This document shows, piece after piece, positions 46,691 through 55,687 of a stretch of 64,000 nt of DNA. Positions within the stretch are counted from its first letter, which is position 1. Every line of letters starts with the position of its first letter. The stretch lies in assembly GCF_014359475.1 (NCBI RefSeq), contig NZ_JACIZI010000022.1. The stretch is one strand, 5' to 3'. The notes under the pieces were generated by a model that had not been told where the DNA came from, made no database searches, and saw only the letters and a list, made by a program, of their open reading frames with translations. The position numbers were made by a program, and so were the translations under genes. This DNA comes from Marinobacter sp. (GTDB lineage Bacteria > Pseudomonadota > Gammaproteobacteria > Pseudomonadales > Oleiphilaceae).

Positions 46691-47089
46691 TTACTGATTG
46701 CTCAGTGCTTTTTTCATGCCGTCGAACCTGCCCTTCAGGAACTGGAAGCTGGCCTGGTAGTCCATGGCATTGCGCATGAACCGGGCCTGCTCCTGCTGGG
46801 GCTCCACGGTATTGCCATCGATCGAAGGCTGCTGGGGAATGCGGTAAAGGTATTCGTTGTGGGACTGACCACTGCCGGCATCCATGTGCGCCGCGTGGGT
46901 CCGTTCCATACCGAAGCCCGACATCTGCCCCTGAGCCTTCTCCATCATGGCCCTGAAATCGATATCCCGGGCCTTGTAGCCGGGGGTATCTGCGTTGGCA
47001 AGATTGTTGGCCAGCACTTCGGCACGCTGAATACGCGCCTGCAGCGCGTGCTGGTGGATACCCAGTGCCTTGTCGAGAGAAATTGCCAT
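46691..47089 (-). CDS. flgB: Flagellar basal-body rod protein FlgB
   Basis: NNLANADTPGYKARDI and DGNTV motifs. Confidence 0.97.
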   Translation of the reverse strand: MAISLDKALGIHQHALQARIQRAEVLANNLANADTPGYKARDIDFRAMMEKAQGQMSGFGMERTHAAHMDAGSGQSHNEYLYRIPQQPSIDGNTVEPQQEQARFMRNAMDYQASFQFLKGRFDGMKKALSNQ

Positions 47090-47156
47090 AACGCCTCCAA
47101 AAACGGGTCAACCGGCCTGTGCACTGACTTGCCGGAATGTGCTTTAAGAGAGGTTA

Positions 47157-47172
47157 AGCAAGGCGAATGCCA
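47157..47172 (-). promoter_or_regulatory. Sigma54 promoter for flgBCDE
   Basis: TGGCATTCGCCTTGCT with GG-N10-GC spacing. Confidence 0.78.
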
Positions 47173-47289
47173 AAAAAGCGAAAGGTGCCAGAAACCGGCA
47201 TTGAGCGGGGCTGAAGGCGGTACGGCAAGGCAAGGAGCTCCGCCGCGGGTGGCAAAAGCGGCAAAGCCTTTCCCCGCCCTCTCGCCGGC

Positions 47290-47841
47290 TCAGGGCCAGC
47301 GGCGCACAAAATCAGCCGGGGCCGGTCGGGACACTTCCGGTTTTGGCTGGGACACGGTGCCCACATAAAGAAAACCGGTAATGAACTCATGATCCGCGAG
47401 CCCGAGTCCACGCCGGACACGCTCGTCATAGGCCAGAGCCCCCGTCCGCCACATGGCCCCATAGCCGGCGGATTGCAGGGCCAGTAACAAATACCCCATG
47501 CCGGCAGCCGCCGACATGGTCTGCTCCACCTCCGGTACCTTGGGGTGGGGTTTATGGCAGGCGATACCCACAATCACCATGGGTGCCCGCCGGGGCGTAT
47601 CGCGCAGTTTGTCCAGCTTTTTCGGGGGCGCGTTCGCGGGTGCGGTAGACACAAATAATTCTGCAAGCTTCCCGAGTCCGTCTCCTTCAATCACCAGATA
47701 CCGCCAGGGACGTAACAACGCATGGTCAGGCGCCCTTGCGGCAGCAGCAAAGGCTTTCTCAAGGCTTGCCGCATCGGGAGCCGGGGCACAGAGCCGGGGT
47801 TCCGAGCGGCGTTCAAGCAACGCATTCAGCACATCTGTCAT
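47290..47841 (-). CDS. Nitroreductase family protein (YdjA-like)
   Basis: ERRSEPRL, APDHALLRPW, MWRTG and GFLYVGT motifs. Confidence 0.92.
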   Translation of the reverse strand: MTDVLNALLERRSEPRLCAPAPDAASLEKAFAAAARAPDHALLRPWRYLVIEGDGLGKLAELFVSTAPANAPPKKLDKLRDTPRRAPMVIVGIACHKPHPKVPEVEQTMSAAAGMGYLLLALQSAGYGAMWRTGALAYDERVRRGLGLADHEFITGFLYVGTVSQPKPEVSRPAPADFVRRWP

Positions 47842-47974
47842 TCGTAATCCCTGTGATTTTGCCTATACTTTCCGGGCCGGGAGGGCAGTCAGAGTTGTGA
47901 CTTTTTACCAATACGGTTACACTTTAACCAAGTGCCGGTCTGCCCTAAAACAACGATTCCAACGGTAGCAGCCA

Positions 47975-48295
47975 ATGAGTAGCGAGCCAACCGAACAATC
48001 TTTCCGTACATTTTCCGAGTTCTACCCGTATTATCTGGAAGAACACCGCAACCGCAACTGTCGTCGACTGCATTTCGTCGGGAGCCTGCTGGTGCTTTTG
48101 GTGCTGGCCTGGTCGGTGATCAGCGGCAATCTGCTTTATCTGCTTTTGCTACCCGTCATCGGTTATGGCTTTGCCTGGGTCGGCCACTTTGTGTTTGAAA
48201 AGAACCGCCCCGCCACCTTCAGATATCCCCTTTACAGCCTGATGGGCGACTGGGTGATGTTCCGGGACATGCTGACCGGGCGGATACGATTCTGA
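47975..48295 (+). CDS. DUF962 / Mpo1-like membrane protein
   Basis: FYPYYLEEH...RRLHFVG and AWVGHFVFEKNRPATF motifs. Confidence 0.9.
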   Translation: MSSEPTEQSFRTFSEFYPYYLEEHRNRNCRRLHFVGSLLVLLVLAWSVISGNLLYLLLLPVIGYGFAWVGHFVFEKNRPATFRYPLYSLMGDWVMFRDMLTGRIRF

Positions 48296-48299
48296 GCCG

Positions 48300-49793
48300 A
48301 TGATGAGCGCCCCTCTGGATCTCCACGATGCCGGCACCACCCTCAGCCAGTCGGTGATAACCGACAGCCATAACCAGCCTATTGCCATTCCCCCCATGCC
48401 GGATTACCAGGCCCGGCTACTGGCTTACTCTGCCACCATTGCCATCATCATCACCGGCATTGTGGAGTCTGTGTTTTCCTCCGACATGCTGTGGGCTCTT
48501 GGGGTGGCAGCTAGCTGGCCCCACCTCTCGTTCTTTCTTTCCCGCCGCACCCGACTGAAGCATTCGTCACGCATCCGCCAGAAAATGCTGTTGGTTGATT
48601 GTGTGCTCGGGGGGCTGTTCATCGGCGGAATTGGCCTTCTGGCGATCCCCTCCAGCGCGATGCTGATGATGGTGATGTTCAGCTGCCTGATTGTTGGCGG
48701 CCTGCGGCAATGGACCCAGGGCTCCGCACTCCTGATCATCGGCATGATACCAACTGCCTATTACTCCGGTGTCACCAACCTGTTCAATGCACCACCGCTG
48801 ACCAGCATTGTCGCAGTCCTCGCCACTACCCTGTATGTCTCGGTTGTGGGCTTCTATGCACACCAGCAGGCACGCACACTGATGCAGGTGAAAACCCAGA
48901 TCCAGAACCAGCGGGAACAGTCCATCGCCCTGTCGCACAAGCTGTCCAAGTATCTGTCACCCCAGGTCTGGCAGTCAATCTTCACCGGTGAGCGCGATGT
49001 CCGGCTGGAAACCCAGCGCAAGAAGCTTGCAATCTTCTTCTCCGACATCAAGGGCTTTACCGAGCTGTCTGAAGAAATGGAACCGGAAGCACTCACCGAG
49101 CTGCTGAACAACTATTTCAACGAGATGTCCGAGCTGGCACTGCGCTATGGCGGCACCATCGACAAATTCGTCGGCGACTCCATCATGATCTTCTTTGGCG
49201 ACCCCACCAGCCGGGGCCAGAAGGAAGATGCCTTTGCCTGCGTCTCCATGGCCATTGAGATGCGCAAGCACATGAAAATCCTGCGCCAGAAATGGCGCAG
49301 CCAGGGTATCAAGACCCCCCTGGAAATCCGCATGGGACTGAGCACCGGCTACACCACCGTCGGTAACTTCGGTGCAGAAAATCGCATGGACTACACCATT
49401 ATCGGCAAGGAAGTGAACCTCGCCAGCCGACTGGAGTCACTGGCTGAGCCTGGGGAAATTCTGGTGTCCTACGAAATGTTCTCGCTCATCAAGGATCGCA
49501 TCATGTGCCGGGACAAAGGCGAGATTACCGTGAAGGGCTTCGCCAAACCGGTGCCCATCTACGAGGTGGTGGATTTCCGCCGGGACATGGGCCCCAACCG
49601 CAGTTTCATGGAGCATGAGCACAACGGCTTTGCCATGTACCTGGACTCAGAGAAAATCATCGAAAAAGAACGCAAAGCGATTTTGCAGGCTCTGGAGGAT
49701 GCCGCCGACCGTCTGCGTCACGAAGACGACGAGTCAGCCGGCATACAGCGCGAGCAGGAAGAGGACCCCGCCACTCAGACACCTACTGTCTGA
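48300..49793 (+). CDS. cyaB: Class III adenylate cyclase with MASE2-like membrane domain (CyaB-like)
   Basis: About 5-6 TM segments, then FSDIKGFT, DKFVGD and YTIIGKEVNLASRLE. Confidence 0.88.
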   Translation: MMSAPLDLHDAGTTLSQSVITDSHNQPIAIPPMPDYQARLLAYSATIAIIITGIVESVFSSDMLWALGVAASWPHLSFFLSRRTRLKHSSRIRQKMLLVDCVLGGLFIGGIGLLAIPSSAMLMMVMFSCLIVGGLRQWTQGSALLIIGMIPTAYYSGVTNLFNAPPLTSIVAVLATTLYVSVVGFYAHQQARTLMQVKTQIQNQREQSIALSHKLSKYLSPQVWQSIFTGERDVRLETQRKKLAIFFSDIKGFTELSEEMEPEALTELLNNYFNEMSELALRYGGTIDKFVGDSIMIFFGDPTSRGQKEDAFACVSMAIEMRKHMKILRQKWRSQGIKTPLEIRMGLSTGYTTVGNFGAENRMDYTIIGKEVNLASRLESLAEPGEILVSYEMFSLIKDRIMCRDKGEITVKGFAKPVPIYEVVDFRRDMGPNRSFMEHEHNGFAMYLDSEKIIEKERKAILQALEDAADRLRHEDDESAGIQREQEEDPATQTPTV

Positions 49794-50604
49794 CGGTCCG
49801 CCATCCGGGACCGGCTTTGGCAGAGGTGCTGCGCCAGGGATTGATATCCAGCCCGCCGCGCCGGGTGTAGCGCGCCACCACCGTCAACGCCTCCGGCCGG
49901 CAATACTCAAGCAGGTCGGTAAACACCGTTTCCACACAATGCTCATGAAAATCCTGCTTGTTGCGGAAACCCACCACGTACTCGAGCAGGCCGGCATGGT
50001 CAATCGCCGGGCCGGAGTAGTCCACCAGCAGGGTCGCCCAGTCCGGCTGCCCGGTAACCGGGCAATTGCTCTTGAGAAGATGTGAACAAAGACGCTCACT
50101 GACCACCTCATCACCGGCGTTCAGACAATCCGCGTGATAGTCAAATCGGGGCTGGCGCAATGGCTGGTTGTCGATCAGGCAATAGTCCTTCGGGCGGCCA
50201 CAGATGCCGCCAGCGGCATCCTCCACATCGTAAAGCCGCACCGTCACAGCAGCACCACAGGCACTGGAGAGATCCCGCACCATCACTTCCCGCACCTGCT
50301 CCGGCGACGAGAACACCGTCTGGTTGAAGGAGTTCAGGTAAAGCTTGAGTGACTTGGATTCGATGATCGCCGGTGACGCACAGGGAAACTCGATTTCCCC
50401 CCAGGCGACCCGGGGCAGCCCGTCATGGTTCAGCCAGGAAATTTCCCAGGCCTGCCACAAATCGCCACCGAACCAGGGCCAGCGGCCGTCCGCGAGCCCC
50501 AGGGAGCGTCTCTTTTCATCCCGGGGCACGGGAAACAGCAAATCCGGTGCGTAGTGTTCGGGGTATTTACTGGTTTTGCCCAGCGGAGCTTTATCAAGTG
50601 CCAT
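49783..50604 (-). CDS. queF: NADPH-dependent preQ0 reductase QueF (bimodular)
   Basis: WQAWEISWL, IESKSLKLYLNS, KSNCPVTGQPDW, FHEHCVE and RRGGLDINP motifs. Confidence 0.96.
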   Translation of the reverse strand: MALDKAPLGKTSKYPEHYAPDLLFPVPRDEKRRSLGLADGRWPWFGGDLWQAWEISWLNHDGLPRVAWGEIEFPCASPAIIESKSLKLYLNSFNQTVFSSPEQVREVMVRDLSSACGAAVTVRLYDVEDAAGGICGRPKDYCLIDNQPLRQPRFDYHADCLNAGDEVVSERLCSHLLKSNCPVTGQPDWATLLVDYSGPAIDHAGLLEYVVGFRNKQDFHEHCVETVFTDLLEYCRPEALTVVARYTRRGGLDINPWRSTSAKAGPGWRTVRQ

Positions 50605-50607
50605 AAC

Positions 50608-51381
50608 TCAGTGCCTTATCCCCTTGCCACGGGCCAGCATACGCAGGCAAGCCACTGACAAAACCACGATAAACACCAGTATCATGCCCAGGGCCGCGTA
50701 CACGTTCACATCAGACACCCCGAGAAAACCGTAACGGAATGCGTTGATCATATACAGAATCGGGTTGGCCATGGACACGCCCTGCCAGAACTCGGGCAAC
50801 AGGTCGATGGAGTAGAAAACCCCGCCCAGATAGGTCAGTGGTGTCAGCACAAAGGTCGGCACGATGGAAATATCGTCAAACTTGGTGGCCAGCATGGCAT
50901 TGATAAAGCCACCAAGGGAAAACAGCGCCGAGGTCAGCACCACGGTAACCGCCACCAGTGCCAGACTGTGAATCTGAAAATCAGTGAACACCTGGGAAAC
51001 CAGGGTAACAATCACCCCGATGCTCAGCCCCCGGGCCATACCCCCGGCCACATAGCCTGCCAGAATCACGCCGTTGGGTACCGGAGAGACCAGCAGCTCC
51101 TCAATGCTGCGCTGAAACTTCATGGAAAAGAATGACGATACCACATTGGCGTAGGAACTGGTGATCACCGACATCATGATCAGTCCCGGCACGATGAACG
51201 CCATATAATCGAAGCCACCCATCTGGCCGATACGAGAGCCAATCAGGTTGCCGAATATGATGAAATACAGGGTCATGGTGACCGCTGGCGGCAGCATGGT
51301 CTGGGGCCAGATGCGGGTAAAGCGCCGCACCTCCCGGATCACGATGGTCAGAAACGCCGTCAAAATGGCGTGCGGACTCAT
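50608..51381 (-). CDS. yadH: ABC-2 transporter permease (YadH-like)
   Basis: RIWPQTMLPP, YMAFIVPGL and PLTYLGGVFYS motifs. Confidence 0.9.
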   Translation of the reverse strand: MSPHAILTAFLTIVIREVRRFTRIWPQTMLPPAVTMTLYFIIFGNLIGSRIGQMGGFDYMAFIVPGLIMMSVITSSYANVVSSFFSMKFQRSIEELLVSPVPNGVILAGYVAGGMARGLSIGVIVTLVSQVFTDFQIHSLALVAVTVVLTSALFSLGGFINAMLATKFDDISIVPTFVLTPLTYLGGVFYSIDLLPEFWQGVSMANPILYMINAFRYGFLGVSDVNVYAALGMILVFIVVLSVACLRMLARGKGIRH

Positions 51382-52325
51382 TGGTTCACCTCCTTGAGCC
51401 CCTGCCCTTCTGCATTTTCCTCAACCATGCGCACAAATAACTCCTCCAGCCGGTTCGCCTTGGTGCGCATACTCAGCACCCGGATACCCTGGCGGTCGAG
51501 CTGTGCGAACACCTCGTTCAGGCCATTACCTTTCTCCACGTCCACTTCCAGCGCGCCCTCCCCGTCCAGGCGGGTGTGATAGCCATTCAGCGCCGGTGCA
51601 GAATCCATTGCCTTCTCGGTATCCAGAACAAATGTCTCCACATGCAGCTGCTGCAGCAGTTCCCGCTTGCTGGTGTTGCGCAGAATCCTGCCATGATCGA
51701 TGATGGCAATGTTGCGGCAGAGGGCCTCTGCTTCTTCCAGGTAATGGGTGGTCAGGATAATCGTGGTGCCCTGCCGGTTCATTTCCTCCAGGAAGGTCCA
51801 CATGGAACGGCGCAGTTCGATATCCACACCGGCCGTCGGCTCATCCAGAATCAGCAACCGGGGCTCATGCACCAGGGCCCGGGCGATCATCAGCCGCCGC
51901 TTCATCCCACCGGAGAGCATTCTTGCCGGGGAATCCCGCTTGCTCCAGAGGCCAAGCTTGCGCAGGTACTTCTCAGCCGATTCCCGCGCTTTTTTCAGCG
52001 GAATACCATAGTAGCCCGCCTGCGTGGTAACAATATCGAAAACCTTTTCGAACTGATTGAAATTAAACTCCTGGGGCACCACGCCCAGGTTCATTTTGGC
52101 CCGCGCCAGCTCCCGGTCGATATCATGCCCGAACACCTCCACCTTGCCGGCGGTCTTGTTGACCAGGGAACAAACAATGCCGAGCGTGGTGGATTTGCCC
52201 GCGCCGTTGGGCCCCAACAGAGCGAAAAAATCCCCCTGGGGCACCTTGAGATCAATGCCCTTGAGCGCCTCAAAACCATCACCATAGGACTTGGTGAGGC
52301 CGCTGATTAGCAACGCATCTGTCAT
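51378..52325 (-). CDS. yadG: ABC transporter ATP-binding protein (YadG-like)
   Basis: ATG at 52325; GPNGAGKST, LSGGMKRR, LDEPTAGVD and NRLEELF motifs. Confidence 0.9.
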   Translation of the reverse strand: MTDALLISGLTKSYGDGFEALKGIDLKVPQGDFFALLGPNGAGKSTTLGIVCSLVNKTAGKVEVFGHDIDRELARAKMNLGVVPQEFNFNQFEKVFDIVTTQAGYYGIPLKKARESAEKYLRKLGLWSKRDSPARMLSGGMKRRLMIARALVHEPRLLILDEPTAGVDIELRRSMWTFLEEMNRQGTTIILTTHYLEEAEALCRNIAIIDHGRILRNTSKRELLQQLHVETFVLDTEKAMDSAPALNGYHTRLDGEGALEVDVEKGNGLNEVFAQLDRQGIRVLSMRTKANRLEELFVRMVEENAEGQGLKEVNQ

Positions 52326-52525
52326 GTATACACCATTACCTCTCAAAATTTTCCCGCCATTTGGGGGCTGGGCCGGCAAGGATACAGGATTGCCTATAAC
52401 TTGTGGCGCAGGGCAGGAAATCAAGTGCGATCACGGTCGGGCGCGACCGCAGAGGACACGATGGTGTGTCTGAAGGGGGAAGATTGGATTTTTTGTTACC
52501 GGAGAAGCGGGTCAGGGAGCCGTCA

Positions 52526-53827
52526 TCAGCCCCCGATCAGGCGCTTCAGTTGCCAGCGGGACTCTGTACCGGTCACATCGAAATGCGCGGGGTTCAGCCC
52601 TTCGGTACCATGGGGCAGGCACCCGGCAATGGTCAGAGTCTCACTGGCTGCCCGGTTCTCGTTATAACGGGCCAGATCAATCACCCTGGCTGACTTGAGG
52701 GGCTGTTGGTTCCTGTCTGTCATCACCATCACCCGCGGCCACAAGCGACGCTCGGCCACATGGGAGAGCACCACACCCCGCTGGCCATCACTAAGCTCCA
52801 CCAGACTGCCGGTAGGATAGATGCCAATGGCCTGGATAAAGATTTCCACCAGGTCTTCCTGAAATTCAATATTGCGAAGCTTGAACAACTGACGCACCGC
52901 ATCGGCGGGAGGCATCGGCAACCCGGATTCCCGCGGGGCGATCAGTGACTCGTAATATTCGGCAAGCCCCGCCACCTTGGCCAGCAACGGAATCTTGTCC
53001 CCTTTGACACCGCGCGGGAAACCGGAACCGTTGTGGCGCTCACGGTGGTAGCGGGCCACGCCGATCACCGCCCGGGATGCATTGCACTGCTCCAGGATGC
53101 GCACACTCTCTTCCACATAGCCCCGAAATTGCTCCAGCTCGTCACTGGAAAGACAGTATTCGTTACGCAACAGCGAAGCGGGTAACAGAGTTTTTCCCAC
53201 CTGGGACATTAATACGCCGAAGCCCAGATGGTTTAACAAACCTTCGTTCAGCCCCAGCTCACGGCCGCACACGAGTGCCCAGACCGCAGAATTCAGCCCG
53301 TGCTGATAAGTGTAATCGTCGTGCTGGCGAATCCGGCTCAGCCACAGTAACGCATCCGGATTGCGGGCCACACTACCCACCATCTTGCGCACCACTTCCG
53401 CAACCGGTCGCAAATCCGGCTGGTGTCCCTCACGGATGGCCTCACAGGTTTTTGTAATGGCGGCTTCCGCATCCTTGAGCAAACGGCCGGAGGAACGGGC
53501 TTCCTTCCTGAGGGTTGCGGTGACGTGGTAGGTAACCGGCTCACGCACCCGCAACGGCGGCAACTGCACCACGTCCACGTCTTGCTGGCCGCGCCTGTGA
53601 CGAAGCGCTGAGCCGCTGCTCCCGCGGACGGCCGCAGACTCCCTTTTTTCCTCAACATCAACGATCACCCATTTACAATGACGAACCAGATCACGGATGT
53701 CCGACTCGGACCGGATATGGAAACCCTGAATGGGGAAAGGGGTCTGGTGCCACGGTCGATCCAGGGTGGAAACAAACATTCCCACCTCAAGATCGTGTAC
53801 GGCGACTTTCTGTTGAGCGACACCCAC
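52526..53827 (-). CDS. DUF3391 + degenerate HD-GYP domain protein
   Basis: N-terminal L-x-VGMFV...RPW...PF (DUF3391); HD-GYP fold with SQ in place of HD and HRERHNGSGFP. Confidence 0.88.
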   Translation of the reverse strand: MGVAQQKVAVHDLEVGMFVSTLDRPWHQTPFPIQGFHIRSESDIRDLVRHCKWVIVDVEEKRESAAVRGSSGSALRHRRGQQDVDVVQLPPLRVREPVTYHVTATLRKEARSSGRLLKDAEAAITKTCEAIREGHQPDLRPVAEVVRKMVGSVARNPDALLWLSRIRQHDDYTYQHGLNSAVWALVCGRELGLNEGLLNHLGFGVLMSQVGKTLLPASLLRNEYCLSSDELEQFRGYVEESVRILEQCNASRAVIGVARYHRERHNGSGFPRGVKGDKIPLLAKVAGLAEYYESLIAPRESGLPMPPADAVRQLFKLRNIEFQEDLVEIFIQAIGIYPTGSLVELSDGQRGVVLSHVAERRLWPRVMVMTDRNQQPLKSARVIDLARYNENRAASETLTIAGCLPHGTEGLNPAHFDVTGTESRWQLKRLIGG

Positions 53828-53966
53828 GGCTGCACCTCAAGAATAAACTGGCAGATGGGTAGCATTGTCCGCTATTGGAGGGAAGAATCCATTACTGTTT
53901 CGTAGTGGATAGTAAACATCCGATAACATCAGGTTACCAGGCGCAACCCGGAGCAACGCTTTGTAG

Positions 53967-53988
53967 TATCGTGACGGATTTCACATTT
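53967..53988. promoter_or_regulatory. CRP/Vfr-type binding site
   Basis: TATCGTGA-CGGATT-TCACATTT vs consensus AAATGTGA-N6-TCACATTT. Confidence 0.7.
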
Positions 53989-54061
53989 TTTGACAGATCG
54001 CCAGACGGCACTTTAACGAGCAGCCATTTTTTAACAAACTGCCCTCACTTGTTCCTGCTAT

Positions 54062-54346
54062 TCACTCATCGTCACCCAGGTCTGCAAACTGCAGACCGAA
54101 ACCATCATTACTTTTGCGAACCACCACCATATCGAGTACCGGCGCGGGAATAGGCAGGCCCTGGACCTGAACCTGCACCTTATCGCCAATTTCCGGCTCA
54201 AAGGGCTCCCCCTCTACCACAACAAACACACCGCCATCGGAGATGTCGCGTGTGGAAAACTGGAAGGTACCAAATGTGTCATGCACCAACTTGACCTTGG
54301 CACTCATTGCTGTGCGGAGGTGGCCCCGCCGATCACTGTCTACCAT
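54062..54346 (-). CDS. Stand-alone PilZ domain protein
   Basis: Intact RxxxR (RRGHLR) and DxSxxG (DISDGG) c-di-GMP-binding motifs. Confidence 0.9.
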   Translation of the reverse strand: MVDSDRRGHLRTAMSAKVKLVHDTFGTFQFSTRDISDGGVFVVVEGEPFEPEIGDKVQVQVQGLPIPAPVLDMVVVRKSNDGFGLQFADLGDDE

Positions 54347-54433
54347 CTACAAACACCTGAACAAACGGTCTTATTTCTTACTGGGGTCTCAAGCATAGCA
54401 CTGTTTTTCCCATCATTACTGCAATTTCTGACC

Positions 54434-54472
54434 TTGACACCTGTCGATTACTGAATGAGAATAATTTTGTTT
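54434..54472 (+). promoter_or_regulatory. Sigma70 promoter with overlapping Fur box
   Basis: TTGACA-17-GAGAAT; AATGAGAATAATTTTGTTT at 54454-54472 resembles a Fur box; upstream of an Fe(III)-binding protein gene. Confidence 0.7.
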
Positions 54473-54516
54473 TAAAATACGCTTAAAGTTAATTCCACAA
54501 CCCAAGGATACGTTGC

Positions 54517-55533
54517 ATGCGAATGAAACTGGCCACCAGTGCCGCCCTGGCAATCTCTTTGTCCCCCGTCGCCGCTTTCGCCGACGGCGAAGTCAACATC
54601 TATTCCTACCGCCAGGCATTTCTGCTGAACCCGCTGCTGGAAGCTTTCACCAAGGAAACCGGCATTGAAACCAATGTTGTATTCGCCAAGAAAGGCCTGG
54701 CAGAACGCCTTGAGCGGGAGGGCCGTAACAGCCCGGCAGACGTAGTAATGACTGTCGACATCTCACGCCTCAGCGAGCTGGTGGAACGGGACCTGGCCGC
54801 TTCTCTGGACAATGAAACCCTGGAAGAAAATATCCCGGAGAACCTGCGCCACCCGGACGGCAAGTGGTTTGCCCTCACCACCCGCGCTCGCATCATCTAT
54901 GCCTCCAGGGAACGGGTCGAGGAGGGTGAGATCACCACTTACGAAGAGCTGGCAGATCCCAAGTGGGAAGACCGCATCTGTACCCGCAGCGGTAAACACC
55001 CCTACAACATCGCCCTGTTCTCCTCCATGATCGCCCACCATGGCGAAGAGAAGGCCGAAGAGTGGCTGGAAGGCCTCAAGAACAACCTGGCCCGCAAGCC
55101 CCAGGGTGGCGACCGCGACCAGATAAAGGCCATTGCTGAAGGCGTGTGTGACCTGTCTATCGGCAACAGCTACTACTACGGCGCCATGCTGGAAGACGAG
55201 AACCAGCGCGACGCTGCCGCACAGGTGCGGCTGGTATTCCCCAATGCCGAAGGCCGTGGCACCCACATCAACATCAGTGGTATCGCCCTGACCAAGAGCG
55301 CCCCCAACCGGGATAATGCCATCAAGCTGATGGAGTTCCTGTCACGGGAGGAAGCCCAGCGCATTTACGCAGAAGCCAACACCGAATACCCGGCCAACCC
55401 GGACATCAAGCCGACCGGTATCGTCGCTGAATGGGGCGAGATCAACCCGGACAGCCTCTCCCTGCAGGAGATTGCTGACAACGCCAGCGCCGCCGTGCGT
55501 ATGGTGGACCGCGTCGACTACGACAACCCCTGA
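54517..55533 (+). CDS. fbpA: Fe(III) ABC transporter substrate-binding protein (FbpA/FutA family)
   Basis: Signal peptide; VNIYSYRQ, TTRAR, GGDRDQI and GNSYYYG (Tyr iron ligands). Confidence 0.92.
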   Translation: MRMKLATSAALAISLSPVAAFADGEVNIYSYRQAFLLNPLLEAFTKETGIETNVVFAKKGLAERLEREGRNSPADVVMTVDISRLSELVERDLAASLDNETLEENIPENLRHPDGKWFALTTRARIIYASRERVEEGEITTYEELADPKWEDRICTRSGKHPYNIALFSSMIAHHGEEKAEEWLEGLKNNLARKPQGGDRDQIKAIAEGVCDLSIGNSYYYGAMLEDENQRDAAAQVRLVFPNAEGRGTHINISGIALTKSAPNRDNAIKLMEFLSREEAQRIYAEANTEYPANPDIKPTGIVAEWGEINPDSLSLQEIADNASAAVRMVDRVDYDNP

Positions 55534-55554
55534 AGCCTGACCGGCCCACACCTG

Positions 55555-55590
55555 CAAAGTCCCCGCTGTTTCGGAGCAGCGGGGACTTTG
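55555..55590 (+). terminator. Strong terminator after the Fe(III)-binding protein gene
   Basis: 14-bp perfect stem CAAAGTCCCCGCTG/CAGCGGGGACTTTG with a TTCG-containing loop. Confidence 0.8.
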
Positions 55591-55687
55591 TGTGTAAATG
55601 ACTGATCTCGATCATTGCGGGTACAACCCCCGCTGACTAGAATCACCCTCTTTCCACCAATACTCAGACCAATACTCCGGGAACCCT

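Noticed and set aside
47896-47911. CRP site upstream of DUF962-cyaB
   Set aside because: Only the TGTGA half matches.
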